From positions 15,321,903 through 15,385,902 of the forward strand of contig CM082577.2 in assembly GCA_040954595.2 (NCBI GenBank): 64,000 nucleotides of DNA, written 5' to 3'. The translations under genes and the position numbers were made by a program. The DNA is from Balanoglossus misakiensis (taxonomy: Eukaryota > Animalia > Hemichordata). The notes under the pieces are model-generated. The model did not search any database. It was not told the DNA's origin and was given only the letters and a program-made list of their open reading frames with translations. Below, one piece after another: positions 42,799 to 53,345 of this stretch (position 1 is the stretch's first letter; every line of letters starts with the position of its first letter).

Positions 42799-44223
42799 GT
42801 GTTGCGCCATCGACGGAAAGAGCAAACATTATGTGATGCGACTATTGGTGATGTCTACACAACCCGGCAATATAAAATCAGTAGACGTCCATCACATTTG
42901 ATCATTCAGCCCATGCAATCGGACATGACAACTCTGTCGGAAAACACCAATAAGGTCGTGCCAGTAGTAAATGTTATTCCAATCGAGGCAAGTGCAAGCA
43001 AGACAGATTGCTGTCAAATGACGAACGAGGGCTTGAACACAAAAGCAGTGTACGATTTGTTTCCAGATTTTTCAGATGAAGACTCATGCATGGAATTCGC
43101 TCGATTATCCTGCAGTTTGGACGACGACGTATTCACCGAAACACAAATTGGATCAATGTCAGGCGTTTCAGAGAAGCTTAGTGACAAGACACCAGCGGTG
43201 ATAAAAGACAACGCGTGTACCAAGACGCAGCAACGTCCATCATCGATTGATCTGCAGTCACCCTTCTCAACTTGGAATATCAGTCCCATGTCTGGTATCG
43301 ATTCCGCACCGGGTAGATTTTACTACATGCGTTTGGGATCCATCTCCGATGCCGAAGAAAGTGATACTGGAGTCATCGACAAGGTATCGGACTGCTCCGA
43401 GCCTATGCACAACACACTGCCACATTTTCCATCATCTCCTATCGACATCCCATTAACACCGGATGCCGTTAAGGATGACTCTGAGTCGATAGCCTTATCA
43501 AACGGCAACACAAGGATGGGGGCTACAAACAAGTCAATGCTTCTTCCGCGTCATAACGAAGAAGGCGATAATCTTACTGCTTATGACATGATGTCAACGA
43601 GGCGTAAAAAGTCCACGAAGAATAAACCACGTGATTTGGACAAACATGAAACTTCCCCCCAAATGGAAGACCAACTGCCAGCCAAATTATCTACGCCGCG
43701 TTCAAGGTCTAAGAAGACTAAGCCACCTGGTCGGAAAAAGCGTGAAACTTCCCCCCAAATGGAAGACCAACTGCCAGCCAAATTATCTACGCCGCGTTCA
43801 AGGTCTAAGAAGACTAAGCCACCTGGTCGGAAAAAGCGTGAAACTTCCCCCCACACGGAAGACCAACTGCCAGCCAAATTATCTACGCCGCGTTCAAGGT
43901 CTAAGAAGACTAAGCCACCTGGTCGGAAAAAGTGTGAAACTTCCCCCCACACGGAAGACCAACTGCCAGCCAAATTATCTACGCCGCGTTCAAGGTCTAA
44001 GAAGGCTAAGCCACCTGGTCGGAAAAAGTGTGAAACTTCCCCCCACACGGAAGACCATCTGTCAGCCAAATTATCTACGCCGCGTTCAAGGTCTAAGAAG
44101 ACTAAGCCACTTGGGCGGAAAAAGCGTGAAACTTCCCCCTACATGGACGAACAACTGCCAGCCAAAAAATCTAACAAAGCTTCGAAATCGAACAAGACTA
44201 AGTCGCACAGGGTGAACAAATAG
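42799..44223 (+). CDS. Disordered protein: acidic N-terminal half and basic K/R/S/P repeat tail
   Basis: 32-aa repeat ETSP..EDQLPAKLSTPRSRSKKTKPPGRKK. Confidence 0.75.
   Translation: MLRHRRKEQTLCDATIGDVYTTRQYKISRRPSHLIIQPMQSDMTTLSENTNKVVPVVNVIPIEASASKTDCCQMTNEGLNTKAVYDLFPDFSDEDSCMEFARLSCSLDDDVFTETQIGSMSGVSEKLSDKTPAVIKDNACTKTQQRPSSIDLQSPFSTWNISPMSGIDSAPGRFYYMRLGSISDAEESDTGVIDKVSDCSEPMHNTLPHFPSSPIDIPLTPDAVKDDSESIALSNGNTRMGATNKSMLLPRHNEEGDNLTAYDMMSTRRKKSTKNKPRDLDKHETSPQMEDQLPAKLSTPRSRSKKTKPPGRKKRETSPQMEDQLPAKLSTPRSRSKKTKPPGRKKRETSPHTEDQLPAKLSTPRSRSKKTKPPGRKKCETSPHTEDQLPAKLSTPRSRSKKAKPPGRKKCETSPHTEDHLSAKLSTPRSRSKKTKPLGRKKRETSPYMDEQLPAKKSNKASKSNKTKSHRVNK
43648..44166. repeat. Intragenic 96-bp tandem repeat, about 5.4 copies
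   Basis: gaaacttccccc at 43648, 43744, 43840, 43936, 44032 and 44128. Confidence 0.95.
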
Positions 44224-44423
44224 GACCATTGAATCGAACGAATTAAATGCATAAAATAACCATTGTTCCGTATAACATACTATTAATTGTACCGATATGT
44301 CGTTTCACCGACACTGGTTATAGTCTAACGTTTTTAGTTTGAATGTATGAACGTTCTACTATACGCATGGGTTGTAGTGCTGTTCGTGAACCTGTCAATT
44401 ATTGCGAATAAAGTGTTCTGATA

Positions 44424-45485
44424 TTAAATATACATTGACTCGTAATTCTGTTGCATGTTCAGATCTATCTTTGGTGGTCTTGCTTGTACATCTGTAGAGA
44501 ATTCATAATTCAAGCAGAACGATCCAACTTGTTTTGTAAAACAAGGTGTCTCTAACCCTCTCTTCCCTATTCCAACATAGCCCATACTCTTACACTGACT
44601 GAATATATTATCGTCGCTAGAGTAACTGAGAGCTGGATATGCGTAATTAAACGCAGGGTTGCCTCCATTCGACCTCATTCCTACCACATAATGTAATTTA
44701 GATCCCGAATATGTGATTCCGTCTGTTCCGCCACTCGACCATTTAGCATTTGGTACTGGTGTAATGTCTGTCACGCCAGAATACATACACGTAATTAAAG
44801 GAATATGCCATCCGTGAAAGACTTCTTGACCATTGAATGACTTCATGAAACCAATGGGACTGAAACAATTCGTAAACATTTCAGGTGAATCGATAAGACT
44901 CAACACAAGTTCGATTGAATCCAGACCATAGTTTTCGTTGGCATACCTAATGTAGTCATCGTAATTAAACACCTCATTAGCTACAGTCTTCCAGTTTGAC
45001 CGTTCCCTTTCATCTGATGCCTTTTTAGTGATAATGTTTTGTAACCATTTCAATGGCATCGCCTTCTTAAATTCACCCCTTGGGCCACGAAATTGGTACT
45101 TTGGGAAACCAACCGCTGACTGACCATAATTAAGAGTCACTTTCTCTGGACCAGTATACAATAGCAAGAAATCGCCTCTGTTGAAAAAGTCTCCCAAGTC
45201 GTGGTTAAATGGTCTGTTAGTGCACGTGATATCGTGCGTGTATTCCCTGATTGTCTTATAATCAGGATTTACTTGATCTGCAAATAAGGGAGCTACTAAT
45301 GGACCGTCGGTTTGCGTGAATACATTGTGTAAATCCCATGGGTCGTGATAACTGGGCGTGTCGAACGGGGGATATAGCGTCGGATTTGGGACTGGGTTTA
45401 TTCTCGACCGTGTGACAACATCCCTATGGACACCTTGATAAGTAGGTTTCCTGTTAGGATATGGAAATAAATCAGCCAGTTCCAT
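44424..45485 (-). CDS. Probable structural protein, candidate second triplex subunit
   Basis: 353 aa; G/aromatic beta pattern (FSPIGF..MYSGVTDI..SGSKLHYV..VGSF..IDL); TATTAAA upstream. Assignment tentative. Confidence 0.4.
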   Translation of the reverse strand: MELADLFPYPNRKPTYQGVHRDVVTRSRINPVPNPTLYPPFDTPSYHDPWDLHNVFTQTDGPLVAPLFADQVNPDYKTIREYTHDITCTNRPFNHDLGDFFNRGDFLLLYTGPEKVTLNYGQSAVGFPKYQFRGPRGEFKKAMPLKWLQNIITKKASDERERSNWKTVANEVFNYDDYIRYANENYGLDSIELVLSLIDSPEMFTNCFSPIGFMKSFNGQEVFHGWHIPLITCMYSGVTDITPVPNAKWSSGGTDGITYSGSKLHYVVGMRSNGGNPAFNYAYPALSYSSDDNIFSQCKSMGYVGIGKRGLETPCFTKQVGSFCLNYEFSTDVQARPPKIDLNMQQNYESMYI

Positions 45486-45517
45486 TTCGTGTAATAATTG
45501 TGCAATGCACCAACTTG

Positions 45518-45524
45518 TTTAATA
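45518..45524 (-). promoter_or_regulatory. TATTAAA late-promoter-like element
   Basis: 33-39 nt upstream of ATG 45485; fits the gammaherpesvirus late TATTWAA consensus. Confidence 0.4.
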
Positions 45525-45628
45525 TGTATCTTTATGTTTGTTGCACTCGGATGTAAAAAAAAGTCCACTCATTACACTTCTTACATACTGCATTCTAACG
45601 CGCACACTGCGTGTGTTTATGGTCACGT

Positions 45629-45884
45629 CGCATTTAATTCATCATTATATTAATTGTAGTTGACAAAAGGACTTGAATAAAAAAACAAATACGCTCATGA
45701 CGTATCCTTACATACCAGACTCTAATGCATATGCTATGTTTGAGCGCGTACATGACGCATTTAATTCATCATTATATTAATTGTAGTTGTCAAAAGGAAT
45801 TTAATAAAAAAAACAAATACGCTCATGACATTTCCTTACATACCAGACTCTAACGCATATGCTATGTTTGAGCGCGTACATGAC
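45629..45884. repeat. Intergenic ~127-bp direct duplication
   Basis: cgcatttaattcatcattatattaattgtagttg..gagcgcgtacatgac occurs twice. Confidence 0.9.
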
Positions 45885-45970
45885 ATATTGAAATCCGTCT
45901 AATTCAACGCACATCGTAACGATATCAGTTCGTATCAAGACGAATAATTGTTCTTTAGTTCCTGTCTCTT

Positions 45971-46363
45971 CTATCTAACCATTTTCATATGGATAGGTTC
46001 CACTCCCGATCGCCCTTCATATCGAGCACATATAGCACTGTCTTGTAAGAGTCTGATCGTATACATCTCGGCTGCCATCTGAAGACTGTCAAAAGCTTGT
46101 CGAGTAAATTTGATCTCTTTTGAATGATTTCTGCGAACGATCTCTCTAACTATAGCTTTGAAAACCGGTTCGTCGATGACGAATGGATGTCCTGTATAAA
46201 AATAATAACAGTGAATATTGAACGAGTATCACGGCCGCTAAAGTTATTGTGAATTAAGCGTCAGTTCATGCCGGAGTTATTGAGTGTACATACCGATGGT
46301 CGGTGAACGATTCTCTTTGATTGAACATCTTTGCTTGTACGGTGAAAACGCTTTCCCCCGCAT
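45971..46363 (-). CDS. Two-exon histone H3/CENP-A-like histone-fold protein (exons 46363-46294 and 46191-45971; 96 aa)
   Basis: MRGKAFSPYKQRCSIKENRSPTIG|HPFVIDEPVFKAIVREIVRRNHSKEIKFTRQAFDSLQMAAEMYTIRLLQDSAICARYEGRSGVEPIHMKMVR aligns to H3 [69 protein letters not shown]. Phase-1 GTATGT..TACAG intron of 102 nt. Confidence 0.85.
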
Positions 46364-46515
46364 GATGATACGTCTTTTGAGAAGTCTGAACCCGAACTGT
46401 CCTTGATAGACGATACTAAGAACTATATACAAGAGTTATGTCACGTGGTAATAGACATCGATATGAATGTACTAATTTAACTGCTTCACATGACAAGCTA
46501 TGCATTGTGTAGACC

Positions 46516-46713
46516 GACATCATGACTACTTACTCCGACCTGTGATGCCAAACTGTAGTTCCCATGTTTTATCACCGCATACTGCACGTCCTGGCGTCCT
46601 CACATCAGCATATGTGCGACTTTACACTTTGAAATCATGACATCGTGATTACTTACTCCAACATGTGATGCCATACTATATTTCCCATGTTTTATCACCG
46701 CATACTGCACGTC
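46516..46713. repeat. Two ~75-bp direct repeats (123-bp spacing) in the divergent promoter region
   Basis: tacttactcc..tgtgatgcca..ttcccatgttttatcaccgcatactgcacgtc occurs twice. Confidence 0.85.
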
Positions 46714-46842
46714 GTTCTTAGACTATTTCATGATGCCACCGATGCGACTTCACGCGCTTATATATATGTGTGTACACACACACGACCGCATACCCATCTT
46801 GTTCACATCGCCAATAACCGAGAAGTCCACACAAGTGTTGAC

Positions 46843-48462
46843 ATGGCCGAACTATTCAGTGTTTCAATAAGGAGGCCGGTCAGTATCATTTTGTAATACC
46901 TTTTCCGTATTTTTACATCTTCGGGTGGCATAACCCCCACCTTTTATTTCTTTACTTAGGTGAGTATGTGGCATTTGAGACACGTAAATAAGGACGCGAA
47001 ATGTAAAGCTATGGGAATAGCCAAGAAATTAGAGACAGCGCCCACTAGCGGCCGAAAAACAATGTCGAAAGGTGAGTATCGCGCGTTCGTCAGATATGCG
47101 TTATATTTAATGGTTTTGCGTTTCTGTGCGGTCGTTGATGACCGAGCCAATGATCCGTGTAAAATCAGCACCCATACTTCGAGATATCGGTGGTTTCTTG
47201 AACCATTGTATTTTATTCCGGTTTCAGGCACGAACATCGTTCTACACAATTCAGTACAGTGTTCACAGCCCTTACCCGAAACCTCTCACGTATTGGACGC
47301 CTTGACTAGAGTACATTGTGTGATTGAAGGCTGTTACAACCCAAGTGCCAGAATAGTCAGCACCGATAATGTACACGGTCTAATGCACGCTGTGCAGATG
47401 GCATACAGAAAAAGCTATCCGTTGGTTTTGAGTCCAGATATTGTGTGGTTGTGTATTTCACAAGGATTTATGCAACACATGTGCTCCGACGACCGTTTGT
47501 ACCGCCTACTAATCAAAACTCACGAGAATACAAGCGTTGAATCTACCATGTCCCACCTCGACGACAAGTCAGAATTTGGGGAATGGAAAACTGCGTTAAT
47601 CGACTTGTCAAACCATGTTCGCGAAACCCTAGGAGAGTGTAATTACGGAATGATGACACCAGACTTTACCACAACCAGCCTACAAGATAAAATTGTAGGA
47701 GATTTGACAGTGTCTGCCCAAGTGGACCCGAAGTTTTCGTATTTGCTGCAACCAGGTGAAGTAAAAAATCAGCGTCCTTTGACTTCGAATGGAATTCCCT
47801 CTATTTTTTTAGAAGGCTGCCTAGATGATTGGACGGCGATCCGGCGTAATACTGTCAAATTGGGGTGTTATGATCTGAACTGGTGGACCGATGGTGTGGT
47901 AAAAATTCTTGACAAATTTATAAAGGCGAAAGAAGGAGTGATCGACAGAGAATTCTGGTCAGGCATATATGAGGCAAGTATTGTAAAGGAGATTGCATGA
48001 ATTATTGTATTTACCCCTCTTAGTTGTTTCGAGTATCAATTATTTTGAACCATGTATATGTATTCCGCGGTTACAATCATAACACGTTTGTGTTTTGGGG
48101 GTTTTCTGTGGGGTGGGGGGTGGGGGTGGAATACCATCCCTTATACATCGTCTCTTTCGCTCTCTCATTATCAGATGGTTGAGTACCCATGTGGCCCATG
48201 TATCACCGGGTGGATCGTCGACCTGTTTCCGTATTTCATGTACAAACAGGACCGAGAATCAACAATACTGGCGGACTCTTTTCCATCTGGTCTGTCGATA
48301 AACCCTTTCAACGTGGGACAATCCGCAGAAGTCTCGAAACTGGCGCTTGTAAGCGGGTTCATGGGAGTATCTCAAGACGCTGATACACTAGCTCTCAGAC
48401 CGGAATTGGGATGGGTCGTTCTCAACCACAACAAGAACAACGGCTCACCGACCAAGATATAA
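46843..48462 (+). CDS. DUF4419-like protein, 4 exons (46843-46878, 46960-47071, 47228-47973, 48175-48462)
   Basis: GLMHAVQMAY..PLVLSPDIVWLCISQGF; PDFTTT; GIPSIFLEG..DW; FWSGIY|..GPCITGWI..FP; SGFMG..LRPELGW. Splice sites are phase-compatible; the last intron is GC-AG. Confidence 0.75.
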
Positions 48463-48744
48463 CAGTTGATATTGTAAAATATGTTTGAAATCATTCGTTA
48501 TACAGAGAATAAAATAGAGTCGATGCGCGTGCGTAGGTTTGACAAGAGAACATTGTTACCTGTATGCATGGAGAGCGTCCAAAAGTATGAGGCTCCCATT
48601 TCTTAGACATGGCGAAATATGGCCACCTTGAAAGTGTTTGTTAAAACGTTATACAATTTTAGAAGGAAATATATCACACTTGACACAATAACTTCTGTCC
48701 GCGTATTTATTTATTTAGTTAGTAAAATACAAGTTCTTTTATAT

Positions 48745-50133
48745 TTACTGGGTGAACATATGAGGATGAATATTACGCTTTATGGCAGAATCTCTGTTTT
48801 CTCCGTGTTTATTTTTCTCTTCTTTGGGAGTGGACTGACTGGAATCTATGTCGGTCTCTTGTGAAGTTTCGGTGTGTATAAGGTGTCTCGTATTCCCAAT
48901 CATTTCGATGTCCGGAGGTAACCTCCCCCGGTTATTCGCAATAGCATACGCGGTAGAAGTTGATGAAGGTACATACCCACCATGGAACGCGAGCAGTAAT
49001 CCGTGATATACAGTCAATATGGCCGCTCGGATCACCCACGCTGTATACAATATTTTCCCCCATAAAGGTCCGACACTGTTTATAGGACAGTGCCTTGCAT
49101 CTCTTCCAGCTAAATTTGAAGAAAGTATACTTTGTATACACTTGTCTTCAGAGACAATGTCATGTACACTGTAACATTTCGGGAACGCAGGTATCCCATC
49201 GTTTACACATGGCCCGCTAATGAGAAAAATGCCATGTTTGAGTAAATCCAAGACAGCATATGCTACCGAGCTGAGGGCAAAAATATAAGCCACTACAGAC
49301 AGTACCCGGACAACGCAGGTGTCTTCCTGTTTACGATTGGACTCTCGATATAGCAAGACTTTACTCCCTTCTAAGTAATAACTCAATATACAGTTCACTA
49401 AAAATGCCATCGTTGGGGGCCATGTTATTAGCTCATATTTACCATAGGATGGTAGCAATTCGACAAACAAACAAGCTATCATAATTATCATTCCAAACAA
49501 ATACTTTGTAAAGGGAATATTCCCGTATACAAACGACTGATATTGTCTGTCGTATATGTGAAACTGCGTATCTGTAGTACATCGTTCTTGCCCGCGTGTA
49601 TGTATATGTATTAACAGTGGTAAAACTCCGCTTGGAACATATCTCAACAGACACATAATTATGTAATACATGGCTGCTGCTTCTCGTCCCAATCTCACGT
49701 CCGGACACCGTTCGTAGTCCACGTTGAATTTCAGAGGATTTTGTACAGACAGGAAGCGAGTACATTGAGCCAGTGACATATTTAGACATTGCACGTTCGT
49801 TCTCACATCCCGTTCGGCAGTGGAACAGTTAGCCAAGTGTTCCATTATATTAAACATCAGAGACACGTTTGCACAAACGAAAAGTAGAATACATGCCACC
49901 GAGGCCAATTTCGATAGTATCGTATGCACCATCACATCCCGTTTTTCGTGCGATTCACTAGCAAATTTAGAACACAAGTAATATACTATAGCCGGAAAGA
50001 TGACTTCATAGTCTACCAGTGAATATATGTCCGTTTGAAAGAGAATTTCTACTAACCACGTTAAGAGTAGGCACAATACAATGATAGTGGCCCAAAATTG
50101 GTCTTTCATTATTCCAATATCATACAATAACAT
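48745..50133 (-). CDS. Multi-pass membrane protein with an apparent internal two-fold repeat and Cys-rich loops
   Basis: About 8 hydrophobic segments; two C..C..C..CP loops. Confidence 0.7.
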   Translation of the reverse strand: MLLYDIGIMKDQFWATIIVLCLLLTWLVEILFQTDIYSLVDYEVIFPAIVYYLCSKFASESHEKRDVMVHTILSKLASVACILLFVCANVSLMFNIMEHLANCSTAERDVRTNVQCLNMSLAQCTRFLSVQNPLKFNVDYERCPDVRLGREAAAMYYIIMCLLRYVPSGVLPLLIHIHTRGQERCTTDTQFHIYDRQYQSFVYGNIPFTKYLFGMIIMIACLFVELLPSYGKYELITWPPTMAFLVNCILSYYLEGSKVLLYRESNRKQEDTCVVRVLSVVAYIFALSSVAYAVLDLLKHGIFLISGPCVNDGIPAFPKCYSVHDIVSEDKCIQSILSSNLAGRDARHCPINSVGPLWGKILYTAWVIRAAILTVYHGLLLAFHGGYVPSSTSTAYAIANNRGRLPPDIEMIGNTRHLIHTETSQETDIDSSQSTPKEEKNKHGENRDSAIKRNIHPHMFTQ

Positions 50134-50193
50134 TTACGGGATCGAATGCACGCAAATACAAAATATATATATATGTTAAGTTTTTTAGGGTCC

Positions 50194-51045
50194 TTATCGC
50201 CTGCAACTAGGAAACACAGGTATCTCAGTCATTAATTTACCGCGTCCGACACATACAAATGATCGGGTGTTTTTGAAAACAGCGTGACATCCTTTGTCGA
50301 ATTCTTCTGGAAACCTTGGGTCCCAACCAGCCTCCTTCAACATTCTGGTGAACGCAGACTCTGTTAATATTTGACTCAATTTGATAACTTTGGGTGATTC
50401 GGTCGGGTCTATTTTGTCTTTGAAACGTGTAAATAACCCCTTTTTACGCGATGACTCAAGTATCAATTTAGGCATTCCAGTCGACTGATACAATCTGATA
50501 TCACTATTCCTGACACACTTGCGGACACAATCGTCCATTTTACACCAATCTATATATTTGTCTTTGAATTCAACACGCTTAAACTGCACGGGGATACTGG
50601 TTGGAGGTACAGGTAGAGATATTTCACGACCGTCACCCCTCATTACCCAACGGAGCTGTTGCCAGTTGCATAACATGGTTACATAATACTGTTGTAAATC
50701 CACATATTGTTTCCCAAGCAGATCTATTGGTACATCACATTCTCTTATATCAACAAACACAGTTTTGTCATTAGTTGCACACCGAACAGGTATGTTTGCA
50801 TATGCGCACACGTATGGGTTCGGCAACTCCAAATCGTCGACAGATTGTTCATAGGAACCAAATCTCAAACAGTCTGTGCTACAGTCTAAAACCACTGTGA
50901 CCCGAGGTGGTAATTGATCGATATGCAATGAGAAAAAAGTGGATTCTTTGGCTGTGTCCATCTTTGTGACACCATGACCTAAAACATTAATACATTTGCT
51001 CACGTTCATCCATGTATTAACACATTCACACGTCGGTTGGTTCAT
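50194..51045 (-). CDS. Hypothetical protein
   Basis: 283-aa ORF. Confidence 0.7.
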   Translation of the reverse strand: MNQPTCECVNTWMNVSKCINVLGHGVTKMDTAKESTFFSLHIDQLPPRVTVVLDCSTDCLRFGSYEQSVDDLELPNPYVCAYANIPVRCATNDKTVFVDIRECDVPIDLLGKQYVDLQQYYVTMLCNWQQLRWVMRGDGREISLPVPPTSIPVQFKRVEFKDKYIDWCKMDDCVRKCVRNSDIRLYQSTGMPKLILESSRKKGLFTRFKDKIDPTESPKVIKLSQILTESAFTRMLKEAGWDPRFPEEFDKGCHAVFKNTRSFVCVGRGKLMTEIPVFPSCRR

Positions 51046-51138
51046 CTACATTTATTTTACTCGTGCGAAACATTTGAAATCTAATTACTGACAAAACTGA
51101 GTGTAAAAAGGGTGTTACGTGTCTTGGTATAAGTTATA

Positions 51139-52383
51139 ATGAGTTATCTGAGCTACCGTTGCGGCGGTAACCGCGACAAGAAATACCCCAAAAAAACAGT
51201 TTCGTATAACGATCAGAACCTAACGCCGAACTTCCCTGAACAACAGATCCATTCACTGGTGAACCTTCTACAGAACGTTAATTTAGGACAAGGTGCCCTT
51301 ACGCAAGATGTCCCTAATGAACAGGTACAAAGTTTGCGGCCAAAAGTGTTGTACGCAAAAAAAGCTCATGGAGAGAAGAGTTCGGAAGCATTCTCTGGCC
51401 TTTTTGGGCGCAAAATCCCGCCCGTCGTTTTTGCGAACGAATTAGACTCTCCGGGTTGGGACGTATGTCTGGAGATGGTATGGGAACCTAATTTCCGTAT
51501 TCTCGACGAAAGGAACACTCGTAAATGTATTGACTTGAGTGTAGCTTCCAAACAATATGACGCTGTAGTCAGAGAAGTTGGTACAGCACCTTCTAAAACA
51601 GTTTGGCGATTATTTCGACCGGAAATGATTGGCGCTATTCGGCTTTTGTCACCCCACAGACATTTTCAAACACCAAAGTGGGAACCCACTGAAATACCAA
51701 CATGTCCAGAGTTTGCGTCATGGGAGTCTGGCAGTCGTCGTCTACTGTCAGAAGAAGTCAATTTCTTATTAACACCAGAATGCGAATACAATGCATGTAC
51801 CTTAATGGTGAGTGAGGCATTGAGTGAGCACTTCGGTGATTGTTACGACCTTCGCACAGACGTTATTGATGTAGAATCATGCGCTAGACGCCTGGGCCAA
51901 AAACCAGAGAAGTTGGCGGAGCAGATGATTAATACGTTCTTAAAATGTACCTACTTTCGCCAGAGTGGGTGTTGGCTATCTAAGCAATCGACAACTTATC
52001 GCGATATAGCGATTTGGAAATATAGTGGGCTGCGTCCGTCACACCTGTTTTCACACGACGGACAACACATGGAAAGGCATGTTGTGCGGCATCACCCGAC
52101 CAGATGTGAGTTGTTCATACCAGATGGTAAACACAGTATGTGTTGCAGACCATCCCATCTATGCTATGGTTCGTGCAAAGCAAACTCAAGAGACATGGAA
52201 TTGAGAAAGGCAGTATCTAATTTATTATCATTGATCGACGACAGTTCAACGCATAATCACACGTGGTTAAAAGTACAAACACATATAGATAGTTTAGCTG
52301 AATTATTAAATCCACGCGGCTACGTTAATCGAGAAGTTAATCACCCGTTTGACCAGGACACCATCCCAGTATCCACAGAGTAA
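51139..52383 (+). CDS. HNH (beta-beta-alpha-Me) endonuclease domain protein
   Basis: GCWL..VVRHHPTRC..CCRPSHLCYGSCKANSRD. Confidence 0.75.
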   Translation: MSYLSYRCGGNRDKKYPKKTVSYNDQNLTPNFPEQQIHSLVNLLQNVNLGQGALTQDVPNEQVQSLRPKVLYAKKAHGEKSSEAFSGLFGRKIPPVVFANELDSPGWDVCLEMVWEPNFRILDERNTRKCIDLSVASKQYDAVVREVGTAPSKTVWRLFRPEMIGAIRLLSPHRHFQTPKWEPTEIPTCPEFASWESGSRRLLSEEVNFLLTPECEYNACTLMVSEALSEHFGDCYDLRTDVIDVESCARRLGQKPEKLAEQMINTFLKCTYFRQSGCWLSKQSTTYRDIAIWKYSGLRPSHLFSHDGQHMERHVVRHHPTRCELFIPDGKHSMCCRPSHLCYGSCKANSRDMELRKAVSNLLSLIDDSSTHNHTWLKVQTHIDSLAELLNPRGYVNREVNHPFDQDTIPVSTE

Positions 52384-52559
52384 GAATGTTTACGGAGGAA
52401 GCAGGTGTAACCGGATATATTTCCGAACGACACCCATCTGACGACAACTTCTTGAAAGGCACATAAGCTGCAACTCTTGGGATAATTATCATAATTTTTG
52501 TTTCAAACTGTACTACCATTAGTCTATGCAGATGAAGGCAGAGAAATAAACACAAGCAT

Positions 52560-53340
52560 TATAAACCCTAAATATGAGTGGATATGCAAGTTCTAAGCAG
52601 ATAAATAATAAAGCTTTGCCGCAAGCGATTATGGCCGCAACCGTGGGGAAATAAAAAAAAAAAGAAAATGTTGCATTTCCGGTTATGAAACTTTATAAAC
52701 AAAACATGAACTCATCCACTTGAGCTCATGGAATTAGTAAATGTACACCACTGAGACATTGTATTTTCCTTTTTCTTTCCAATATTGCTCTTTTTTTAAA
52801 CATTGCAGGAATTTTGGTTTTTCTTCAATTTGTGGCCATTTTGTCATAAATACGTGTTGAGCTTGATATATTATCATGAAATATCATTTAATAGACACGA
52901 TTAGAAGCATATACGAGATTATTTAAAACTTTAATTTTTTGTCCAGTTGCAGCTCATGTGCCTTCAAGTCTTTCTTTCCGGCTATCTCTTTCGCGTGATT
53001 ACGGATATGAATACTTCTCACTCTAAGGTATTTGTACGCAACAGGTTACTCTAAAATGACTCAAGTGCACAGGCGGTCATCACGGCCTCCTCCAGATGCA
53101 AATATTTCACGTTACTCACTACGTGCACATTTTCAGGTGGAATAATATGCATGGTCGTGTAGTCGTTATTTTGGTTTTTCCTCTGTTTTGAGTTTGAAAG
53201 GTTTGGTTTATACCCTTGTCGATAGTTGCGTCAGTATCACATTTCATAGAGAATTCCTCGTTCTGTCGCATAACTGCAAATCATAAGTAATCCCGGCGTC
53301 ATAAAATTATCTTCCACATATGTACGCAACCTGATCATTT
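52560..53340. other. Non-coding AT-rich stretch, possibly a host-derived insertion
   Basis: No ORF; A/T homopolymers; composition unlike the flanking viral genes. No termini identified. Confidence 0.35.
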
Positions 53341-53345
53341 CAAAT

